A stretch of DNA of 64,000 nt. Source: Epithemia pelagica (taxonomy: Eukaryota; Protista; Bacillariophyta). Within the stretch, counting starts at the first letter, position 1. Each line of letters begins with the position of its first letter. A program made the position numbers and the translations under genes. Below are positions 56,341 through 64,000 of this stretch, in pieces. Below the pieces are notes generated by a model. That model searched no databases. It was not told where the DNA came from and saw only the letters and a program-made list of their open reading frames with translations. The DNA lies in the NCBI GenBank assembly GCA_946965045.2, contig OX337234.1, positions 186,001 through 250,000 on the forward strand. Direction: 5' to 3'.

Positions 56341-58007
56341 GATTGATTTGCAGTGTGGTTTGTAAAAAATATCTAGGTAGGGGTAACTAGGGCAAAAGCT
56401 ACTCGTGGTATCTTTCGATTTTCGGGTCCGGTCGCACATGCGTATAATGAGTGCAATCGCAAAATCGCGTTTTGATAGAATGGCCTGCATGAAAGCGCGA
56501 TGCGATTTGGAAGGAATTTTGGTGAGCATGAGCACCAAAATCGCGCTTTCGCGCGTCGATAGAATGGGCCCCGCAGTGCATGCGATCACGCGTGACTCAC
56601 TCACATGCTTGGGGGTATGTGGCTCCTGAATACGACGGATACTGAACTCAGCCGTCCTATACCGCCTTGGCGGTTTCAATTGTACGGACACTGACGTGGT
56701 TTTGTCTCTTGGAACTCAGCGAGACAATGGCGCACACACACCGATCATCGGTATTAGCCCTCTCTGTTCGACCGAACCAGAAACCAGAAAAGATCTGGAG
56801 TTGGTGCTGGTGAATGCAAACGAGAAAATCTAGATAGGCCTCACAAGCAAAAAGTGTTTTCTTTACAAGTCTCTTGATTGGTCATTTATTTTCCCTACCA
56901 GGATGATGATGACTACACTGCTACTAGTTCTAATTTCGTGGACCCATAAGGTTATGGTCGCTGCCTTTGGTTTGACTGCGTGGTCCTTTTATCCTCGTGT
57001 GTGCGAATGAGGGCAACTTTTCATCCAGCATTGCTAAACTCTTGATCAAACGCATGCAGGGGTCGATGCTGGACCAGGTGATTTTGTTTCGTTGAACGAG
57101 ACAGAACGGGTCCTTTTGCAATAAAGTACTGCATCGGCCGATCAGCTAATATCACAGCAAAAACAAATGGACGGTACAATGTCATTCAAGAGTCATGCTT
57201 ATAAAGAGTTCGAACGGATGAACAACAAGAACAAAAAGAGTTGTCCTCTCGAACCAAGGACAGCGTGGGCGGTGGACCTCATTCTGGAGGTATTGGAGGT
57301 TGCGGTCCAGTAGTCTTTGATGACTGACTGGATTGTCTCTTTACGATGAGTCGTAAAAGTTCCGAGCAGCTCTTTCTGCGACGGGTGATCGCGTAGGCAT
57401 TGGTGGAAACGAGGCCCAGATGGAAGAATTATTTGACGGTGCTGAGGAGCTCACCATGGGTGTTTCGGAGGTGGTGGAGCTGTGGAGGTGTCGGGACCTG
57501 GAACGAACATGGGAAATGCTTAGTGCACTATGAAACAACGCATCAAGTAGGCATGCTCGGACGTCGTCCATCGAAATGCCCTCTATGACGAATCAAGCAA
57601 TCGTTATTCACTCATAAGGCAATGCGTCTATTCTGTCAGTTCAACGAGCACATGACACGTCTGCATGCGAATCAGCACCTCTTTTGATCCGTCGAGGTGT
57701 CCCCTCTCCACCATCCGATTCTTTTCCCTCTACACGTCGAGTCTCCCAACACAGCATGTATGTGATGGATTTGGATCGGTCGAATTGTGCTCCACGAAGA
57801 ACGAGCACGAATCAACAACAAACACACCAATGTCTACTTGATCACGGAACGAGAACGAAACAGTGAGTCGAAACGCATCCATAACCCATCTTGTTTGTTC
57901 GAACTAGACTTGACTGCATCCATCACAACGCTCCTGGCTGCCACAAAAAGAAAGCGCTCCTCGTAGAGGAAGGACCTTTTTCTGATCAATTCCACAAAGA
58001 AAAACCA

Positions 58008-59161
58008 ATGCTGACAAGGATGAAGATCCAGGAACAAGCCTTGTTGTCAGGGTTGGTCTTTGCCGACAGCAAGGACACCATAGAAACACTCAGTGGAGGC
58101 CATATAGTGATAATTGGCCTCCACTACATGGACATTACGGCTGGGGTCACGGGTTGGTTGTCGTTCATCATCCAGAAACGAACCACGACAAGATGGTGGT
58201 TTTGTTGGGAGGATGGCCGGAACCTACTTCTGATGGTACCACAAATTCGGTAAGACTCTTGAACGTCTGCGAGAAAAGATGGCAAACTGGACCGCCTCTA
58301 CAAGAAAAACGAAAATACCTTGCTTCCGTGGTATGCAATGGCGTTGTTTACGTCATTGGTGGGCACAATGGCCAAACTGTCGGCGATTTACTTCATTCAT
58401 CGTCATCTTCTTTTAGGAACAACTTCACCGGATGGAAAACGTTGAATTGTTGTTTGACAAGTAAACGATATGAGTGCGCCGCTGTAGCTGTTTCTGACAG
58501 ATTCATTATGGTGGCGGGCGGACGCAATCATAGTGACGACAATTGCTCATCATCCGTTGATATCCTGGACACGGCATCTGGAAACCCGTATTCAGTCGTA
58601 TCTGGACCATCCTTGAAAAAAGGTCGAAGCGATTTTGTTATGGCTGTGGTAGGTTCACGCATCTATGCTGTTGGTGGGAGTGTGGGAAAATTCCCCTATG
58701 CTCGATCATTGGAATCGGTCGAATACCTGGAATTTGATGACTGGTTGGATCCTGTCACATCCACTTCCCCATTGTCCACAAAGTCCTGGACCATTCACAA
58801 GGAACTCATTTTGAACAAGCCGAGATCTGAATTGTCTGCAGTACAAGTGGGCTCCTGTCTTGTTGTTGCAGGAGGAGGCGATGCCAGCGGTAAATGCGTA
58901 CGCTCAGTGGAGGTTTTGGATACTGTGAGAAACATGGTTTGGGAGCTTCCGGGATTGTCTAGTATGAAGAGTTTTTGTGGCATGATATCGTCGTCGAATG
59001 CTATTGCTGTGATTACTCGTAATGATGCATTGGAATTCTCGTTTGAAACACTGTCACTTGTGGATAAGAAGAGTTGGCTCTTTGCACTTTTGTTGGAAAT
59101 TGGCAAAGTTCCAACCTCACCTGGGTCATCTTATGGAAGCAGTACAATACGCTCATGCTGA
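58008..59161 (+). pseudogene. Kelch-repeat paralog 3, frameshifted near 58085
   Basis: GAAACACTCAGTGG vs GAACCACAGTGG in kelch 2 (+2 nt); also lacks the LDTIERI segment; kelch motifs continue in ORF 58154-59161. Confidence 0.75.
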
Positions 59162-59331
59162 AGCCTGTCTTTGGATCCTGTGTGAAAGAGTGTCTGTGGT
59201 AATGGGCCATGGTAGGAATCTAGGACTTGAAACCTTTTTGTGACATGAATTGTTGCAACCTTGAATAAGAAGAAGCATGAAAAAACAGAGGAGGATATTA
59301 AAGCTTTGTTCCACAAATGTCTTGATCAATA

Positions 59332-60550
59332 AAGGAACGCCCGTTCTTGTTCTACGGCAATCCAAAAAATGTCTTATCCACTCCTTCTCCTACAGGGAGT
59401 AGTAGAGGAAGCTGCAATCACTTCGGCGTAGCTGTCTGTCCCTGTCCCTCTGTGCTTATGAGCACCAAAAGATACTCCTCCTTTTCTTGTTATGACGTTG
59501 AATGACATTTAGTGTTTGAGATTCAAGGAGTGACTCTTGTTGTCACCAACCGTCAGATCTACAGCCCAAAAAGTTCGCTTGCGTCCACCCACGTAAAACC
59601 CTTGTCACTCGCGGTATTGAATCATGGACCGTTCAAAGACCTATTCTTCGCGAGGTAGTTCGATGAGTCCCGCCGTTGCGATTTCCGTCATGACATGAAG
59701 AGGTTCCCAAAACGATCCCTCTCTCTTCTCTCTCTCTCATTTTGCGGAACCAGCGTGAGTAGGGAACGATCAACACATGCCACAACTTGGGCGGGACCCA
59801 AAAGGTTGGAACTGTACTTACAAAAGAGTGCGACCATACTCGAGAAACAAGAAAAGAAATCCAGCGGCAGAAACGTGTCTATTCTTGTCCGCGTTTCCCT
59901 CAGCATACTTTGACATTGCGACCATTGCAATAGGAACGACCGTCCATTGAACAAGGCGCTTGATGTTGGTATACGACTGTTGTGGTCCATGCGATTGCGT
60001 GGGATCAAAGTTTCAAGCAGACACAAAGAGGCAGGGGAAACACGATCCTGACAAACTCGATCCGAATGCGCGGGATCGAGATTCCGCTGCCTCTTTGTGG
60101 CTGATTGCAGCTTTTTGAATGGCACCTTCAATGCCTTGTGCTGCCTGCGTGGTTGAGTTTGCAACCTCGTCTTTCCTCGTGGCGCTTTTATGCGCACAAC
60201 AAAGAACGGTTTCTCCAACAGGGGATTTCTTACCATTTGGAGCAACCATTCTTTGTTGTGAGCATTCAAGCACCATGAAGGAAGCTGGAATCTCATCCAA
60301 GGAAGCAGCGCACGCCGCTGCATGCTTGGGTGTTCAATAGAGTCAAATGCATTGGCTCAATTTCACCTGCGTAAATGTAAACATGAGAGAGCGATAGGTG
60401 AGAAACTCGGTTAAAGAGATTGTACAGCATTGGGCTAAGGTTTCAGTTACCGTTCTTCAGTTCAATGGTCTGGGAACTGATGTTTGGATCTGTCATGGTG
60501 TAATGTTGGTGATTGTGAAAACTGTGAGCGTTGTGTGTGGTGATTGTGCT
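59332..60550. repeat. ~1.2-kb dispersed direct repeat, copy 2
   Basis: Same orientation as 31226-32412; homology stops abruptly at GTGATTGTGCT (60550). Confidence 0.85.
59688..60323 (-). CDS. Hypothetical basic protein (211 aa) inside the dispersed repeat
   Basis: ORF conserved in both repeat copies, disrupted in copy 1; no family recognised. Confidence 0.4.
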   Translation of the reverse strand: MQRRALLPWMRFQLPSWCLNAHNKEWLLQMVRNPLLEKPFFVVRIKAPRGKTRLQTQPRRQHKALKVPFKKLQSATKRQRNLDPAHSDRVCQDRVSPASLCLLETLIPRNRMDHNSRIPTSSALFNGRSFLLQWSQCQSMLRETRTRIDTFLPLDFFSCFSSMVALFCKYSSNLLGPAQVVACVDRSLLTLVPQNERERRERDRFGNLFMS

Positions 60551-63500
60551 CGGGGGTGTTAGTTTCAAAAGGCAGCAATATGATTGGGTTAGAAATGTCG
60601 TTTCACAAAAAATCACTTAGGAAACAAATGTCGTTATAAGTGTCTTGCCGTGTCCCGGGAACCCATCGAATCACGGACAAAAAACATGGAGGGAAGATTC
60701 CATCAGCCGATCCGGTCGGTCCTTCACGGTCGCCCATGGCATGGCCAAGTCGACCATTGCGACAAGTCCTCTTCTGACCATCTCATGACCCTTTTGAGCA
60801 TGGTCAGAAGCCTGCAATAGCAGCACTTCCCTACCAAAGCTGACCCGGCGTGGATTCCGACATGCCGTACTCGCCCCGATGTCACACACCGAATTCCTCT
60901 TATTTCACTATACGAAAAAGAGTAGTAGCGTTTTTTGTTAAGTATAAGGCGAATCTTAGAGAAAATTTCATGCCAAAGCCACAACGCCTCATTCAACGAC
61001 GATTTCCATCGCAACGGAACATAGACCACTGTTATGATCCGTTGGATTTAGACATTTCAATATATGGAGAACCTTATTCCAATGGCATATAACAGCCATC
61101 TCATGTCCATAACAACGAATTTGCCGACCGAAAATAGGCCCCCAAAAATTCATGCCAACCATCGGGACTCAACCAAAATTTCATTTAACCGTCGTGACTC
61201 AACCAAAAGAAATATACGGACATGAACATGAACATAACAGCCAAGTCGCTTTTTTATCGTTGTTGACTCGCATTTTTATGACCGACTGATGGAAATTCTT
61301 GTCTCACATTATCAGGTTCCCTTTTTCCGTTGACAATGGAAACGAAGTAGACTTGCCATTGTACTTCACATCAACACTCGGAACGTTCACATCAACACTC
61401 GGAACGTAATCCCAACCATGCCAAAGCGTCGTCGCAAGTCTTCAAACAGAAGACGGTCTCCCAAGCGTTCCAGAACACTGACATCCAACGATAATGAGGC
61501 AGGTATCCGTGCCATTCCTTCTGCACCTCTCCCCCCATCAGCATCGCAAGGTGTAACTCGTCTACAAGCACAGAAAATCAAAGCCTTGCCTCCTTCTCCT
61601 AACCTTCAAACGCGATCGAAAAGGAAAGGAAATGGGGCAAGTCTGCCGTTACAAATTAGCTACCAAGAAAGGAAACGCATCGCCGACCTGATCGAAGATT
61701 TTGAAGATCATGATTTTCAACCTTGCTCTATTTTCGGCCGACATCGAGAAGAAATATTCAAGGGCTTCAAGTTTTGCAGAAACTGTTTCGATGCCGACGA
61801 GATGGAGACAACCAGACCCCAACACAAATTGAACCGAAAGGCGGAAAACGGACGTTATACATGCCGGGCCAAACACAAAGGCGTCGGATTTCCCACAACC
61901 AAAAGACCACCACCACCCAAAGTATATCGCAAGAAGCAGACTGTGAAGCAATCGAAGCCCAATAATTTACTCTCATCTCCATCTGACATTTCCCCCACTC
62001 CATTACCGACACTCGCACTCTACTGCTTTCCTACTCAAGAAACTGTCGATGCAACAGATGAATCAAAACATCATGATTCTCCACAAGATTATGATGCCGT
62101 TTTCGATGACTCAAGTGACAACGAGTCTTTCCAAACCTCACAACAAGACCTCTCCACAACAGATAGGGCAACGATCGTCTCTACGTCATCGTCACGAGAA
62201 CCATCTGACTACCCGTCGTCTAACACTGGAGACGACAGGACTATCGTCGTTGACAACTCCCAGTCACATCCACCAAGATCTCCACCATCCCAACGACGAA
62301 GTAATCCTGTACCCTCACCAGTCAATACCACTACCGTTTCCAATACACAACAACTTTCTCCATCCAGAAACACACAATCTCCGAACACCGACACTCAGCA
62401 CATCGCTTCCCCACCTGGTACTCTTCGAGAAAGGAGCCCACTCTCTCTCCAAAGTCCAAATCGCGATAGTGCAACATCTATAGATCCCCCGCTTTCGCCA
62501 CAAAACCAGATCTCACTTCTTCAAGCAAGGATTGACTTACTGAAAGAAGAACGCCGCGAATTACTTCGACAAAAAAAAGCTCAACAGATTCAACTCAAGA
62601 AAAAGGACGACAAAATGAGAAAAATGAGTGAGAAATTGAAATCAATGGAAGCTTTACAACAAGCTTTCTGCAATGTACCAAGATCGTGCACCGATGACGT
62701 CAAGTCGGCACAGATTGTAGCGCACATAAAGATGGTGATTCTTAGAAGCGTGCAAAATCATGCCACTGACAGTCACAGAACAGAACTGTTCTTCAAACTG
62801 CTTGTGGAAATGATGCTTTACGACGATATTCATGGGCTTCAGTTGAGAGACAAGATGATGGATACGTACCGACTCCACATGCGTCGGTATGTGTATTCTC
62901 CTTTCCGAATATTGAAGGAGATGGATCTCGCGGGAGGAGTCCTCAACTACGAGGGACTCGAGATCCTTCGACGATGCGAGAACAATGGAGAGAGACATAA
63001 GCGGACGCTTATCCCGAGTTCTGGCTCTGTCAAGAAGATTGCAGCAATGATGGAGAGATTCGGCGCCGAAAAGATCCCCTTTCGAATGATCCGAAACTCC
63101 AAAGACGGAACAGAGGGGTTCTATTTCCGAGTAGCAGACATGGTTCGGGAAGTGATTCTTGCAAGAAAGGCAGTTGCAGAAGGCATGCTGAGGAATCTGA
63201 TGATGGCACAGACACTAGATGGTGCCACATTGACCAACTACACAAATCATACTCTTGCGGGGATTAAATTCAACGACAAATCCAACCCGCTAACGTCATC
63301 TCGGAACGACGTCACACCTTTGGTCTGCGTAATGGGCAGTGAAACCAAGGCAAACGTCCGAGGCATCTTTTCCGTCTTGTTTGCTGAAATCGCTGAGGCA
63401 GCGAACACCATCCTCCCACGATTACTTGGCATCCTCGCGTTATGGATCGTCACGAACTGTGACATGTCCTGCGAGTGGAAGCTTTGTGGTTGTGGGGGGG

Positions 63501-64000
63501 CTGCCAAGAATGCCAACTACCCGTGCACGAAATGCCCCATTCATAGCAAAGACCTGCATCTACGTGCCACTGACCAACCTTCAAAGTGCGAGTGGTGTGA
63601 GAAAATGGGTCACTTGGACGATGATCCTAACTGGGAGTGTCGGCATCATAAAATGCTGACCAAGGAGCATCGCGCCGCGTTGCAACGAGAAGTGAAATCG
63701 TTCGAAGCTGGACTACCTAAACATACGAAAGAATTGGAGACCATCTGGTCCAAATCCAAGATAACACCACATCTCGACCCGAGACTCCAATCCACTCCGA
63801 TGCAAAGAAAAGAGATTACGTCGATTCATTTCGATGTTTCAAAGGCCACTCGCAAGAGCCGTTCGACGTACACCCAGCATCTGACAAATGACCTAAAATT
63901 ACGGGGTCTGCCTTTAGATGGATCGATGATTGAGCGCCAAGAAAGGTTGAAGGTTCAATTGACGTCAGAGTGGGTTTATCGCGAATCGTCCGACGCTCTG
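60551..64000 (+). mobile_element. Left part of a second DNA transposon (Transib/Chapaev-like), truncated by the window end
   Basis: Begins where the dispersed-repeat homology breaks; short direct repeats at ~60963/61145, ~61166/61196 and 61367-61406; transposase-like ORF downstream. TIR not verifiable. Confidence 0.5.
61418..64000 (+). CDS. DDE transposase-like ORF with a Transib/Chapaev/RAG1-type core (>860 aa, no stop in window)
   Basis: My manual translation is open from ATG 61418 to 64000: QTLDGA (D1), VCVMGSET, TNCDMSCEWKLCGCGG..YPCTKCP (D2 plus CxxC). Missing from the ORF track because it has no stop in the window. Confidence 0.6.
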   Translation, partial: MPKRRRKSSNRRRSPKRSRTLTSNDNEAGIRAIPSAPLPPSASQGVTRLQAQKIKALPPSPNLQTRSKRKGNGASLPLQISYQERKRIADLIEDFEDHDFQPCSIFGRHREEIFKGFKFCRNCFDADEMETTRPQHKLNRKAENGRYTCRAKHKGVGFPTTKRPPPPKVYRKKQTVKQSKPNNLLSSPSDISPTPLPTLALYCFPTQETVDATDESKHHDSPQDYDAVFDDSSDNESFQTSQQDLSTTDRATIVSTSSSREPSDYPSSNTGDDRTIVVDNSQSHPPRSPPSQRRSNPVPSPVNTTTVSNTQQLSPSRNTQSPNTDTQHIASPPGTLRERSPLSLQSPNRDSATSIDPPLSPQNQISLLQARIDLLKEERRELLRQKKAQQIQLKKKDDKMRKMSEKLKSMEALQQAFCNVPRSCTDDVKSAQIVAHIKMVILRSVQNHATDSHRTELFFKLLVEMMLYDDIHGLQLRDKMMDTYRLHMRRYVYSPFRILKEMDLAGGVLNYEGLEILRRCENNGERHKRTLIPSSGSVKKIAAMMERFGAEKIPFRMIRNSKDGTEGFYFRVADMVREVILARKAVAEGMLRNLMMAQTLDGATLTNYTNHTLAGIKFNDKSNPLTSSRNDVTPLVCVMGSETKANVRGIFSVLFAEIAEAANTILPRLLGILALWIVTNCDMSCEWKLCGCGGAAKNANYPCTKCPIHSKDLHLRATDQPSKCEWCEKMGHLDDDPNWECRHHKMLTKEHRAALQREVKSFEAGLPKHTKELETIWSKSKITPHLDPRLQSTPMQRKEITSIHFDVSKATRKSRSTYTQHLTNDLKLRGLPLDGSMIERQERLKVQLTSEWVYRESSDAL

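Larger units (their letters stand above)
45756..56355 (+). mobile_element. Complete CACTG-type EnSpm/CACTA-like DNA transposon, 10,600 bp, four genes
   Basis: TIRs CACTGCAACTCAA (45756) and TTGATTTGCAGTG (ends 56355), 12/13 match; 2-bp TSD TG (45754-45755 and 56356-56357); AGTCRGTTA arrays at both ends; DDE transposase inside. Confidence 0.88.

Noticed and set aside
45751-56360. TATGG formed at the reconstructed CACTG empty site
   Set aside because: A 5-mer is expected by chance and there is no recombinase nearby.
1-64000. rRNA or tRNA genes
   Set aside because: No recognisable rRNA conserved blocks or cloverleaf; the only tRNA-related signal is the PBS.

Overview
Eukaryotic, most likely diatom (stramenopile), repeat-rich region. 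This is inferred from short GT-AG introns, a CoDi-type copia with a DRGANGG protease motif, RXL-motif secreted proteins and an LRRGKWT-type stramenopile regulator. Four mobile elements are visible. (1) A complete, very young Ty1/copia LTR retrotransposon (5580-13963; 783-bp LTRs, GGTCC TSD, extra ORF before gag-pol, PBS matching a tRNA-Asn anticodon arm). (2) The Crypton-like tyrosine-recombinase gene that the copia interrupts: removing the copia and one 67-bp intron restores an ~802-aa ORF with all catalytic motifs. It sits next to a perfect 50-bp-arm hairpin and two orphan ORFs. (3) A complete 10,600-bp CACTG (EnSpm/CACTA-like) DNA transposon (45756-56355; 13-bp TIRs, TG TSD, subterminal repeat arrays). 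It carries a DDE transposase, a spliced zinc-finger gene, a BAH-like ORF and, most unusually, a class-III PLP-aminotransferase-fold protein with a possible C-terminal winged-helix. (4) The start of a Transib/Chapaev/RAG1-like DDE transposase running off the right end. Host-type genes include two degenerate paralogs of a repeated-module membrane protein (one broken by a 174-bp hairpin), a ScyD/ScyE-like beta-propeller with a Lys-rich tail, a Myb/SANT-like regulator, an LRR protein, four silaffin-like RXL/KGGK secreted precursor genes, three kelch paralogs with a gene-conversion tract, and an EF-hand membrane protein. All family assignments come from motifs read by eye; no database search was run.
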